Below, one piece after another: positions 33,936 to 46,730 of a DNA stretch of 64,000 nucleotides (the stretch's first letter is position 1; each line of letters opens with the position of its first letter). The position numbers and the translations under genes were made by a program. This DNA is from Octopus bimaculoides (Eukaryota): positions 21,001,485-21,065,484 of the forward strand of contig NC_069004.1 in the NCBI RefSeq assembly GCF_001194135.2. The letters run 5' to 3'. Below the pieces are notes generated by a model. It did no database searches and was not told the origin of the DNA. It saw nothing but the letters and a program-made list of their open reading frames with translations.

Positions 33936-36518
33936 CAGTGTCTGCCAAACTGTGTGTTGCGGCACAATGATGTGCTGCAAAAACATATTTTCAGGATTTT
34001 CAGGAAACAACGATCCAAGAATAGTCATAATGTTTGAGTGCAAATATAAATTAATTATATAAATTGTAATGTGGTATGAAAGAAGGAAAGTTGTACATCT
34101 AGTCGAGTTAACGGCTCCTCATGAAGATAACATGGACACCGCACGAGCTCGAAAGATTGACGGTTATCTAAACCTCCTCGAGAAATGTGAAGACGCAGGC
34201 TGGAAAGTGGAGCATTTTCCAATCGAAGTTGGATGTAGAGGGTTTGTTGGACACAGTGTGAGACGACTGCTGTTATCGTTAGGCCTAACTCATCGTGATG
34301 TAAATACCACCATGAGTGATATCCAAACTACAGTGGAGAAGGCTAAGCCACTGGATTTAGTTAAAAAGAGACAATGAGCGATGGCTCGAGAAATATTGAG
34401 CTTTGTTTTTAATAATCAGTTGATCTAGCAAGCGGGGCCTCATATCAGTGAAGGAGGTCGGTGTGCATTGATGCCGTCGAGAGGTAGGCTCTGAAACAGC
34501 GCACATTCTCTCCTGATGACCCCATGCGCTTGCTGGCTTCCGGTATGCGGAGTTCTCGACTGGCAGCACTTGCATGTGTGAGTTGTTTGCAAGATATCTA
34601 AAATATGGTGAATATAAATTAATTACGCTACACGACAAACAGCAGTTTTGCTACAATATATTACATTTCTGCACTTAAACCAGGATTGTCTGTAAGTAAA
34701 TTGTTTAGTAGTCCTAGTAGTTTTTAATTTTTGATTTATTTATAATTTACATAAATTATTTTATGTTAATTTAAATCAATTTTTAGTTTTAGATTTAAAC
34801 ATGGAGAAATTTGTTTGAGACCTCAGAAAAATGAGAAAGAGAATCGTAGCAAACAAGATGAACACCAGAATAAAAAGTCTGCCTCATCAAAACGAAAACA
34901 TAATGAAGATTACATCCCATATTGTTTTATATTATCAGTAAAAGACAACTTGGTTCCTTCTTGTATGATTTGTTTAACAACACTCTCAAATGAAGCGATG
35001 GTTCCAAGGAAACCTCAATGGCATTTAATAACAAATCATCTGCAACATAAGGACAAACCAAAAGAATACTTTGAAATGCTAAAAAATAATTTTAAAACTC
35101 GGTTAAAAAGGCTGAAGAAATTTCACTCAATTCCTGAGAAAGCTCAAATCGCTAGTTACAAGATTGCCCAGCTTTTGGCAAAGAAGAAAAAACCACATTC
35201 TGATGCCAAAAACATTATTTTACCAGCCTTGGAGATCACCGTTGGCACAATGATTAGTGATGAAGCTATCAAACAAATTAAGACCATTCCTTTGTCTGTC
35301 CTCACAATTTCTCAAAAAAAATTCAAGACATTTCATGAGACATTGATGATCAGCTCTTGTGGGCCTTACAAATCGATGAAAATACAGACATCAGCAACAA
35401 GGCTCAACTAATTTCATTTCTGCAAATCATCAGAGGTGGTAAAATCATAAGTCAGTTTTTCTTTTGTTGTGATTTCAAGGAAAGAATGACAGGAGGAGAT
35501 GTCTTTAACCTGGTAAACCAAAATGTCGTATTGAGAGGGATGCAGTGGCAAACTTGTATTAACATTTGCCCTGATCGCTCTCCATCCATGCAGGGTCAAA
35601 AAATGGCTTCATGGCTCATGCATTACAAAAAAATTCAGAAGTTAAAATTGTACATGGCATGATTCACTGCAAAGTTTTGGCATCAAAATCTCTACCTGAT
35701 GGTCTCCTGAAGATGATGGACAATGTTGGTAAAGTGGTGAATTATATAAAATCACATTCCCTATGGTGCAGACTTTTTGCATCCTTATGTGAAACTATGG
35801 ATTCTGATTTTAAGTATTTACTGCTAAATACAGAAGTGCGATGACTCTTGAAAGGAAAAAGTGCTCTCTCGATCTATCTCTTTGCAAACTGAAATGACAT
35901 GTTTCTTCAATGTTGAAAATGCTGGATTTGAATTTCTTAACAATGATAAGTTGAACATTTCAAATTTGAGACTGCAAGGAGCGAATGAAAATATTATTAC
36001 AATTACCGACAAGCTAGAACTGTGGATGAGGAAAGTTAAAGACTTGCAGCTTGATTGCTTCCCAGGCATAGAGGCTTTTCCAAATAAATTTAAAATTTTG
36101 TCAGAATTGCAGAAGACAGTAGAAAACCTCTCTGTATCATTTTCTAAGTACTTTCCATCATTTGATTATCAAACGTATGAGTGGGTCATCAATCCTTTGG
36201 CAAGAGACATACCTGCCATTAAAATTAACAGAAGAAACTTTACGACTTGAAAAACGATCCTGTGCACAAGGCCTCATTTTCTGTGCCAGAATTGTCAGAA
36301 TTTTAGATTTCGCTTTGGAGCCAATATCCTTGATTAGTTACTACAGCCATTAAAACTCTGTTGCCTTTTGGATCATCATATCTTTGTGAATTGGGTATCT
36401 CTGCACTTAAGGAAATGAAGTCAAAAAAATGGGAACGGTTACAGATGGTAGATGAGGAGTTACGTATTTGTTTATCTAATTTAGAACCACGTTTTGACAA
36501 AAGTCTTTCTCAAAATAA
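33936..36518 (+). mobile_element. Buster/Charlie-type hAT transposon (ZBED5/SCAND3-like transposase), degenerate
   Basis: Left TIR-like cagtgtctgccaaactgtgtgttgcggcac, preceded by ctgTAaca (NNNTANNN target); BED finger CMICLTTLSNEAMVP..H...H; WALQIDENTDIS; hATC PFGSSYLCELGISAL; right end lost at the N gap. Confidence 0.85.
34058..34610 (+). mobile_element. 5'-truncated HERO-like RLE non-LTR element inserted in the hAT, 15-bp TSD
   Basis: ORF 34069-34377 reads LVELTAPHEDN...RK...Y..LL..C...GWKVEHFPIEVGCRGF; TSD aatataaattaatta at 34043-34057 and 34611-34625. Confidence 0.8.
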
Positions 36519-36639
36519 NNNNNNNNNNNNNNNNNNNNNNNNNNNNNNNNNNNNNNNNNNNNNNNNNNNNNNNNNNNNNNNNNNNNNNNNNNNNNNNNNN
36601 NNNNNNNNNNNNNNNNNNTATAATTATGTATGTACGTAT

Positions 36640-37200
36640 GTATGTATACTGCTCTCCACAAAGCTCATCTTATCAGCCATTATTATCTTCCCTTCTCTCT
36701 CCCTTTCTCAGGGCCTCCTTTGTTTATAATGCTCATGTAGTATTTATATTCTGCTTTTCCTCTTCTTCCTACTACATCTACTTCTCATTCCCTCTCCCCC
36801 TGTCTCCTTTTTTCTCACTGCCCTTTCTCTAAAAAGCTTCTTTGCCTCCTCAACACCCCTTCTCAACTTTTTCCCTCTGATCTACCCCAATGACCCCTCC
36901 CACCACATCTCTCTTTCCATAAATGACTCTCTCAGAATTCCTCTCCACCCAAGTCTACAGTTCCCTTTGTGCACCCTTTCTTTCATACTTTCTTGCTACT
37001 TATAATATCAAATAACCTTATATCATTCCCCAGTTACACAACCCACCCATCACCTTTCTAGCTCTATCCCTTCTTTTTCTCAGTTCTGTCACTAATCCCT
37101 TCCCCCTTTTTCTTTGCCATACTCCACCATCCTCCCCTTTTGCCATTCTCTCTTCCTTCCATCCAAGATCATTATTTACTCTCACTTCTATTCTCCTTAA
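36640..37200. repeat. ~560-bp pyrimidine-rich low-complexity tract
   Basis: C/T-dominated plus strand, visible directly. Confidence 0.8.
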
Positions 37201-37962
37201 GTTATAATGACCACTTTAGTGCTTTAGCCTTCTAAATTATGAGGTAATCATCGCTAGTATTGGTACCACAAAAGAATGCATCCACTACACTCTGTAAAGT
37301 GGTTAGAGTTAGGAAGGGCATCCATCTGTAGAAACCATTCTGAAGAAGACATGAAGATATTGGGGTGTGACACAGTCCTCAAACTTTAGTCTTTATATAG
37401 TGAGTCAAAAAGTGGTCAGTCTTATAGAATTCATTTCTAACCAAAGTTATTGAGAATGACTAGAAGTCATTAAGACACAATTAATGCCATGTAGCTAAAA
37501 TGTTTGCTTAGCATAATTGTGCAGTTAAGAAGTTTGCTTGTTATGACCATGCGGTTAAGAAGGTCACTTGGCATGGATATGTGGTTAAGGAATTTGTTTC
37601 ACCATCAACTGGGTGCAATCAAAGATTTCATAATCAAATTGGTGTAATTTCAATCCCATTGCATGGCACCTTGGAGAGGTATCTTCTATCCTGGCCTTAG
37701 GTCAACACAAGCCTTGATAGTAAAATTGGATGAATGGAAATATTTTACTGAATGGTGTGATTAATCTGTCACCCAGTTTAACACCACTATCTGGTCCTTG
37801 GGTGCTTTTAGTAGAGTGCACACTACTACAAGCCTTCAGAACAGGTCTCCCAACTGAGAATATTAAAACATTTTTTTCTTTTCCTCCATCAGGCTAGAAG
37901 GCTCTGAAAAGGGCCACAAGTGATGCCCTTCCTCTCCTGATGAAGCCATAAAAAATGTTTAA

Positions 37963-38180
37963 CCCTCTAGTATTCAGATTACTCTGTCAAATGTAATGCT
38001 TATTTATTCCCATTGTTTTGAATTAATCATGCATTATCTCATAGCTTTGAAATTTGGTGATGTGATTGTTTATTTTTAGACTGACATTGTAGGGTAAGTG
38101 TAAGAAGTGGGATCTGGCTAGTTTAAGCATAAAACAGGTAGAATATTTAAGCCATATATGACTGGTTTAACTACTAATGG
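37963..38180 (+). mobile_element. TTAA-flanked MITE (piggyBac-like ends); partial copies at ~10480-10655 and ~50165-50354
   Basis: ttaa-ccctctagtattcagatt...ttaactactaatgg-ttaa; internal gcttatttattc(a)cattgttttgaattaatcatgcattatctc shared by all three copies. Confidence 0.65.
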
Positions 38181-38594
38181 TTAAATTGCTAGAAGTGAAT
38201 TGAAGTATCTCAAATGAGAACTAAACTTGTATCACTAGAGCTTACAACACTCACAATGATGGAAAAAGCACCAATGATATACCAGAGTTAATGATTCAGT
38301 TAACTACACCCTTCTTCTATCAAAAAACTGGCTATGTGCTCAAGTCAAAAATGAAATCAGTGTTTTTTTAAGTGATTATGTTCCACAAGATATTTGCAAA
38401 CATTATGAAAATATTTTTGCTTAAATAGAATTTGATAAAACATTCTGACATTAACAAGAATGTTCATTTAGATGAAAAAAGGTTTTATAATTTTTTTGTT
38501 TTCCTGACAAAAAGAGATAAGAAATGTTTGATAGAAATGAAGATTTAGAAGTCAAAGTAGAAAACTGGCCAAGAAAAACATGGGAAAATTATGT

Positions 38595-38673
38595 TACCAC
38601 CACCNNNNNNNNNNNNNNNNNNNNNNNNNNNNNNNNNNNNNNNNNNNNNNNNNNNNNNNNNNNNNNNNNNNNN

Positions 38674-38704
<31 letters not shown>

Positions 38705-38761
38705 CGACGACGACGACGGCGGCGACGACGACGGCGGCGACGACGACGACGACAATAATAA
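38595..38761. repeat. Compound microsatellite (ACC)-gap-(AAC)(GAC/GGC)(AAT)
   Basis: Visible directly. Confidence 0.85.
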
Positions 38762-39284
38762 TTGTGGGAGAGCCATTCTAGCCATTTCAAAACACACGCA
38801 ATTATTAAATTAATTGTAAATATATTTAAGGAAACATCAACAATTTCAGAGTATAGCTTTGACTGGCTAGCAATTCCATTGCAACTGTTTAAAAGTTGTT
38901 AATAATTTTTATACAGCTTAAGTTTTCCTTTCTTTACCTTTTTGCTTAGTTTTTTTCTTTTGCATTGAGCTTACAAATAAATGAACTTGCATTCATGTAA
39001 ATTAAATTTGAGATCATGATGTCACTCATTTCGTCCTTTTCAGTTTCCATTTTCTTTTACTTTTTTTAAAACACTGAATTATTGTCATTATTTCACTTTA
39101 TTTCATTCTTTATTTATTTCCACAATGTATGTATATATAGAGAGCCTGAAAGATTGCTTGGAGATACACGGAAAATTTTATAAATATGCCTAGTTAAAGT
39201 GTCATAAAAACATGAAACTGTTACTAGCTCTTTTGGTTGTGTATTAAATTGAGATATATATATACATATATATAATTTTATTCT

Positions 39285-39660
39285 TTTACTTGTTTCAGTC
39301 ATTTGACTGAGGCCATACAGAAGCATCACATTTAGTCAAACAAATCGCCCCCAGGGCTTATTCTTTGTAAGCCTAGTATTTATTCTATCGGTCTCTTTTG
39401 CCAAACCACTATGTTATGAAGATGTAAACACACCAACATCGGTTGTCAAGCAATGGTGGACAAACACAGATACACAAATACATACATATATATATATATA
39501 TACGACAGGCTTCTTTCAGTTCCTGTCTACCAAATCCACTCACAAAGCTTTGGTTGGCCGAAGGCTATAGTAGAAGACACTTGCCCAAGGTGTCATGCAG
39601 TGAACCCAGAACCATGTGGTTGGGAAGCAAGCTTCTTACCACTCAGCCACTCCTGTACCA
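39285..39660 (-). mobile_element. Full-length SINE family A with internal (TA/CA)n
   Basis: tRNA-like head at 39560-39655, internal microsatellite at 39465-39502, tail ending ...cagtcaaatgactgaaacaag. Confidence 0.85.
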
Positions 39661-39852
39661 ATTATCTTTTACTCGTTTCAGTCACAAGACAGCAGCCATG
39701 TTGGAGTACCACCTTGAAGAATTTTAATAAACAAACCAACCCCACACTTATATCTTTTTTTAAGCCTGGTACTTATTTTATTGGTCTCTTTTGTTGAACC
39801 ATGAAGTTATAGGGACATGAACACCTGTTGTTAAGCAGTGTGTGTTTGTGTA

Positions 39853-39886
<34 letters not shown>

Positions 39887-40219
39887 GAGAACACAAATGG
39901 AATTTAAACATTCACAATAGCCACTTCAGTAGCAATTTTTTCTTATTGATGAATAATCTAATTACTCTCATTGGGTGATTTTAAACATAGAAGAAAATTC
40001 AAATCAACTCTCTTTACCAAGCATTAGCAAAGTGATGTAATTGTAGTAATTGAACTATTCATCATCAAAAAAAAAAAAAAAAGTGCTGCTGAAACAGCTG
40101 CTCTAAATTGTTTAACTCTACATCTCTTCTTTTATGCAAACACCATATTTGGAACCATCCTTATATTGGATCTATAATTTGCATTGCATTAGATCAAGAA
40201 ACTGTGACAGTGTGTGTGC

Positions 40220-40251
<32 letters not shown>

Positions 40252-40377
40252 ATTTATATACATGCACATATATAAATGTATGTATATGTATGATATGTCT
40301 CCATATGTGTGGGACTCGATTCTTTCCCAGCGTCCTGAATGTTAAGACACCTACATTCTAATGGGTCGTACAACTGA

Positions 40378-43300
40378 TTATCATCATCATCATCATCATC
40401 GTTGTTTAATGTCCACTTTCAATGCTGGCATGGTTTGGACGGTTTGACTGAGGACTGGTGAGCCTGAAGGCTGCGTCAGGCTCAATCTGATCTGGAAAAG
40501 TTTCTACAGCTGGATGCCCTCCCTAATGCCAACCACTCTGAGAGTGTAGTGGGTGCTCTTACATGCTCGAATGGTGCTTTTTACGTGTCACTGGCATGGG
40601 AGCCAATCTGTGGCCCAGGCAACGATCATGCTTGGATGTGCTTTTAACGTTCCACTGGCACAAGTGCCAATCAGGTGGTACTGTCATCGGCCACATCAGC
40701 GATTTTGATCTTGATTTCCTTTATCTCAGTAGGTCTTCACAAGCAAAGTTTACTGTCCAATGAACGAGGGGTATTCATAAGTGGGCTGGTAACACCCACT
40801 GGCATAGGCCATGGGCTATGGTCTCACTTGGCTTGTCGGGTCTTCTCAAGCACAGCATAGCTCCAAAGGTCTCGGTTACTAGTCATTGCCTCAGTAAGGC
40901 CCAATAGTCGAAGGTTGTGCTTTACCACCTCATCCTAGGTCTACTTCTTCCACAGGTTCCCTCAACTGCTAGCGTGTGACACTTTTTCACACAGCTGTCC
41001 TCATAACCATAACCATACCACATAACACATAACCATACCAGGGCAGTCATCTCTCTTGCTCACCACATCTGATGCTTCTTACATCCAACTTTTCTCTCAG
41101 GGCGCTTACACTCTGTTGAGTATGCACACTGACATTACACATCCAGCGGAGCATACTCACTTCATTTCTTGCAAGCTTACACATGCCCTCAGCAGTCATG
41201 GCCCATGTTTCACTGCCATGTAGCATGGCTGTTTGTACACATGCATCATACAGTCTACCTTTCAACCTGAGCGAGAGGCCCTTTGTCACCAGCAGTGGTA
41301 GAAGCTCTCTGAACTTTGCCCACACTATTCTTATTCTAGCAGCTACACTTTCAGAGCATCCATCCCAGCAACTGACTTGGTCCCCTAGGTAATGGAAGCT
41401 ATCAACTACTCCTAGTTTTTCTCCCTGGAATGTGGCAGAAGTTGTTTTCTGCACATTTCCAGTGTTTATTGATCCTGAACATCTGCCACATACAAAAACT
41501 ATCTTCCCAGTGAGCCTTCCTTTGATATTGCTGCACTTCTTATGTGTCCTTAGCTTACACAGGGTACATCTTATGGAATTTCTACCTTGCCTTTTCTACA
41601 GCTCAAGCAGGGCCATCTACCTGAAGGGATTTGTGGTTTGTCTGCCTTCCTACTTATTAAGAGTTTGGTTTTAGCTAGGCTGACTCAAAGGCCCTTCAAT
41701 CCTAATCCTTGCATCCACACCTGAAACTTCTCAAGTTCTGATAGTGACTCAGCAATTAGAGCAAGGTCATCAGCACAGAGGAGCTCCCAGGGGCGTCCTG
41801 TCTTGAATTAGAGTGGGCTGAGGACTGATCCTTGGTGGACCCCTACTCCTACCTGGAATTCTTCACTGTACTCATTGCCAACCCTCACCTTACTAACAGC
41901 GTCTCTGTACATGGCTCGCACAGTTCTCACTAACCATTCATCTATCCCTAGTTTCTTCATTGACCACCAGATAAGGGATCGGTGGACCCTGTCAAAGGCT
42001 TTCTCCATGTCAACGAAAGCCAGGTACAGAGGTTTATCTTTGGCTAGGTATTTCTCTTGCAGCTGTCTTACCAGAAATATAGCATCAGTGGTGCTTTCCC
42101 TGGCATAAACCCAAACTGCATCTCATCTAGACTGACTCTCTCCCTAATTAGTTGGGCTATGACCCTCTCGGTAACCTTCATTACCTGGTCCAACAACTTG
42201 ATACCTCTGTTATTATTTCTATCTAAAGTGTCACCTTTACCTTTGTAGCAGTTGACTATGGTGTTGCTACACCAGTCATTGGGTATGACTCCTTCGTGTA
42301 TCACCTGGTTAACTATACGGGTGACTAGGCTATAGCTGACATCACCAGATATTTTGAGCATCTCTACGGTGATTCCTGATGGGCCTGGGGCTTTCCTGGT
42401 ATTCATACCCTTAATTGCTTTATTTACAAATGTACTGTAAATTCGGATAGTTGGCCCCTCTGTTGGGTCAGCATTCAGCAGACTCTCTTTCTCCCATTCA
42501 TTCTCTTTATTTAGCAACCTTTCATAGTGGTGTCTCCAAACCTCTCTCTTTGCAGCCTTGTTTAATGCAAGTGAACCATAATCCATGCAGACACATTTCT
42601 CTCCTACAACATCATGATTCTCTCTCACACACTGTCTTGCAACACGAAATACCTTGAGTCTTTGGTCCTCACAGTGCAGAACATAGGTAAATTTTTTATC
42701 TGCTTCCCCTCTGGCTAAATAAACCTGTCTCCTAGCTTCCCTTCTGGCAGTCTGATACAATTCCCTTCTACCACCATTCTTCCAGTCCTTCCAAGCTTGT
42801 TTCTTTTCCCTAATAGCCCTGTCAACAACATTGTTCCACCACCATGTTACCTTGGGTCGAGAAGGGACTTTGCATCATCTACAGATATGGTCAGTGGCCC
42901 TCAGCAGGTTGTCCCGTAGAAACCTCCAGTTGTCTTCCACATCATGTGATGTTATATCTCCCTCTATTTCATCAAAAGCTTCAAGTAATACGTCTCTAAA
43001 TCTCTATCTATTCGCAGGATTTTCAAGCTTCCAGACCCTTCTCCATGCTGGTCGTCTTCTGGGCATCCATTTAGCCCTGATCCTGAAGTCACTAACTACT
43101 AGTCTATGTTGTGGGGTACATTCTTCACCTGAGAAGGATTTGGCATTTATAAGCAGCTATCTTTCCCTTTTTCTGGTGAGGATGTAGTCAATTTAGCTAG
43201 TGTGTCTGCCAGATCGGTAGGTGACTAGGTGACTGGAAGGTTTCCTGAAGTTAGTATTGCAAACCATAAGATCATTTGCATCGTAGAACTTCAGCAGCCT

Positions 43301-43818
43301 GGTTCCCTCCTCATTGCAAGAACCAAAACCATAGCCTCCATGTACACTATGGAAGCCCCCTGCATGTTGTCCAACATGTCCATTGAAGTTGCCAGCCACA
43401 AAGAGAAAGTCCCTGTCATTCGTCAACGAGGTTGTCTGAAACAGGGTGTCATAAAATCGGTCTTTCTGTCTATCAGGTAGCTCCGGCTGAGGGGCATAGA
43501 CCGAGATAATGGTTGTTAACCCATAATGTAGCACTAATCTAATCTTAAATATTCTATCGCAGACTCTGACTACCTCGATTACCTTATCAACCCATTTCTC
43601 TGCAAGAAGTATACCAATGCTCCCGACCCCATCAGTGTTCTTTGCCCAGAAAATCTTGTACCTGCGTTCTTTGCCTGTGAGGAACCTAGCGGAATCTCCT
43701 CTCCACCTTACTTCTTGGAGGCAGCACAAATCTACACGTCTCTGTTCAAGCATCTCAACAATCTCACCAGACCTACCTTTCAGTGTGCCCATGTTGAGTG
43801 TGCCAACATATACACTGT
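40378..43818 (-). mobile_element. Near-full-length RTE LINE (APE endonuclease + RT with embedded PHD finger + 3' UTR), disabled
   Basis: VGTLNMGTLKGRSGEIV, DLCCLQEVRWRG, FVAGNFNGHVG, KAPGPSGIT, KGKGDTLDRNNNRGIKLL, MEKAFDRV, GVHQGSVLSPL, LCADDLAL, YLG, RLYDACV, (GAT)n tail. Confidence 0.95.
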
Positions 43819-43839
43819 GTTTCAAATTATTATAGTTTT

Positions 43840-44720
43840 TCTCGCTAGGTTTACATTCAAGCAATACAAAACTAGGAAAAGAATACTAGAGACATTAGAA
43901 AAGAAGGCTGTGTTCGGTGCAAATTCACAAGGTAATGGAAAACAATGAGCTGAAAATTATTTATTTTTCTAGTGAGCACCTTCATCCAGTTGATGTAGAA
44001 AAGCAGTTGCAGAAATAAAGCATGAAGTGGTGGAAAACATAGCAGCAAGTTCACGTAGCATAATAATGGCAGAGTTTATACAGCTAACAGAAAATACCTG
44101 AACTCAACTTCTTCATTTGCCTGTACTTTCAAGGACTATTTAAAGGTGCTGACAAAAAATCCTGGATTTCTCGCTAATCCAGGAGCTAGAACTGGTTTTG
44201 AAATATCTGAAGAATATTGTAAACTTGATAATGGCAAACAGTTTCTGAGATATGATTTGGGTATCAAGGATCAACAGCGCATACTAGTATTTGCATCAGA
44301 AAGTGCTCTTCAGGATGTAGCATCATATTGTCAATGGGCATGTGATGGAACATTCAAAATTGTACCAGAACAGTAGTTTCAACTGTTTAGCATTCATGTA
44401 CAAGTTAAAGGTAGCAGTTTTCTATGGGTCTTTGCAAGGTCTATGAATTATTTTTTGAGCAATTGAAAATTATGCAACCTAATGCATATCCGCTTGATCT
44501 CATGGCAGATTTTGAAGTTGCAGCTCACAAGGCATTTAATTCATCATTCCCTAATTCACCTATCATGGCATGTTTGTTTCATTTGAGCCAATCAGCATTT
44601 CAAAAAATTACAGATTTACACCTCAAAGAAAAGTACAATAAAGACTCTGAATTCTGTCTCAAAATTCAATGTTTTTCAGCATTAGCCTTCTTACCTGTTG
44701 AAGATGTGCCTCTGGAGGAA
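43840..44720 (+). mobile_element. MULE (Mutator-like) transposase fragment
   Basis: RILVFAS...WACDGTFKIVPEQ*FQLFSIH, LMADFEVAAHKAF...ACLFHLSQ, ALAFLPVEDV. Confidence 0.85.
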
Positions 44721-44789
44721 CAAAAACCACACCGAGACTCAGGCACTATATTTGGAACTATAAAAGTATTTAAACGTATTTAAAGCAGG

Positions 44790-45905
44790 CAAGTACATTT
44801 CCAACTACAGACAAAAACAAAATCCCATGAAAATTACCACACAGATCCTTTGGCCCTGATTTATACAAGGAGACTAAAATGGCATCATTCCAGTCTTGAG
44901 GCACTTTCTCAGTTCTCCAACAGTGACAAATTAATATATTTAAGAGTTCAAACATTTTGTCACCCCCATATTTCAAGACTTCTGCACAGATTCCACCAGA
45001 CCCTGGAGACTTATTGTTATTTAACTTATTCACAGCTAAATAATTGTCATATAGAGTTGGTTCAAATATCATCTCTTCTATAACTGGGAGGTGTTCAATT
45101 TTTTTCTATCATCCTCATGTCAGCAAATGATGGTCTATTCAAAAGTGCCGAAAAATGTTCTACCCAGTGCTTATGAATAGAAGTGGTTTCAGTCAGAAGT
45201 AAATGTCCATTTGCTGTTCTCACTGGAGCTATTGAAGAAAATTTTGGGCCATATGCCTTCTTAACATAAGAGTACAAGCCGAAGCCGTCTTGTGCCCCTT
45301 TTGCTCTATCATTCCACCGTTCCTGTTTAATTTCCCTTAGAGCAGTCTGCACTTTCCCTTTCAGCTTTCTGTAAGCTTTGTTTGAGTTGGGGTTCAATGA
45401 CTGAGAAAGAAGTCTATTGCCTAAGTTTTGTTTTTCTAAAAGTAGATCATGAATTTCTGCTGATCTCTCTGAGAACCAGTCACTGGACTTATGTGATTTA
45501 AATCCCACTGATGAAATTGCAGCCTGAAATACTTTGGTTTTGAAATCTTCCCATAGACTGTTTGGGTCAAGATTGATACTTTCTATAGCATCTTGGAATC
45601 TTTGCAAGTTGCTTGATAATTGAAAGTTTGCAACATTTAACTTTTTGGGTACCTTAGTACCAGACTGTCGATTTTTAGGCATTATGGAAAAATTTATTTT
45701 TCCACGCACTAGACGATGGTCAGTCCAACTCTCTGCTCCTCTCATGACCTGAAAACTAGCAACATCTTTCATATCACGTTTTCTGATCAAAATATAATCT
45801 ATGGGATGCCAGTGCTTAGATCTTGGGTGCATCCAGGTGGTTTTATATTTACTTTTCTGTTTAAACAGAGTGTTGATAACAATCAGATTATTCCCAGTAC
45901 AAAAC
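44790..45905 (-). mobile_element. RTE/BovB-like LINE middle fragment (second RTE family)
   Basis: NTLFKQKSKYKTTWMHPRSKHWHPIDYIL, WTDHRLV, KSPGSGGICAEVLK, VPQDWNDAILVSLYK. Confidence 0.88.
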
Positions 45906-45939
45906 ATCAGAAGAGCTACTCCATTTTTATTACATTTTC

Positions 45940-45977
45940 TAATCCCATGTCAAGCGATGTTGGGGGGACAAACGCAG

Positions 45978-46032
<55 letters not shown>

Positions 46033-46200
46033 CAATGGGCTCCTTTCAGTTTCCATCTACCAAATCCACTCACAAGGCTTTGGTTGGCCCGAAGCTATAG
46101 TAGAAGACACTTGCCCAAGCTGTCACACAGTGGGACTGAACCCAGGACCATGTGGTTGGTGAGCAAGCTACCTACCACACAACCACTCCTGCACCTATAC
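45940..46200 (-). mobile_element. SINE family A (head, body, (CA)n)
   Basis: caggagtggttgtgtggtaggtagcttgc...ggttcagtccc on the minus strand; (CA)n at 45981-46024. Confidence 0.85.
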
Positions 46201-46261
46201 ACACACACAAAATATATAAATGTCACATTCTCTATATATTTAATAATAAACCAACATAATT

Positions 46262-46730
46262 GACTCAACAGGTCTTCTCAAGCACAACATATTGCCCGAC
46301 AATTGAACGGTACTCTTAAATGGGCCGGTTATGTGACACTGGCATCGGCCATGGCTACGATCTCACTTGGCTTATAGGTCTTCTCAAATACAGCATAGGT
46401 CTTGGTTGCTTGACATTGCCTCTGTGAGGCTCAACATTCGAAGGTCGTGCTTCACCACCTCATCCCAGGTTTTCCTGGGTCTACCTCTTCCACAGGTTCC
46501 CTCCACTGTTAGGTGTGACCACACAGCTGTCCTCATCCATATGTAATACATGAACATACCAGCGTAGTCGTCTCTCTTGCACAGCACATCAATGCTTATG
46601 TCCAACTTTTCTCTCAGGGTGCTTACATTCTGTTGTCTATGCACACTGACATTATACATCCAGCAGAGCATACTAGCTTCATTTCTTTCAAGCCCACATA
46701 TGTCCTCAACAGTCACAGTCCATATACACA
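46262..46730 (-). mobile_element. RTE LINE C-terminal/UTR fragment
   Basis: ERNEASML, TLREKLDI, GTCGRGRPRKTWDEVVKHDL. Confidence 0.8.

Noticed and set aside
34815-36517. Domesticated ZBED5/SCAND3-like host gene
   Set aside because: Multiple frameshifts and stops, a TIR-like end and a retroelement insertion indicate a dead hAT copy.
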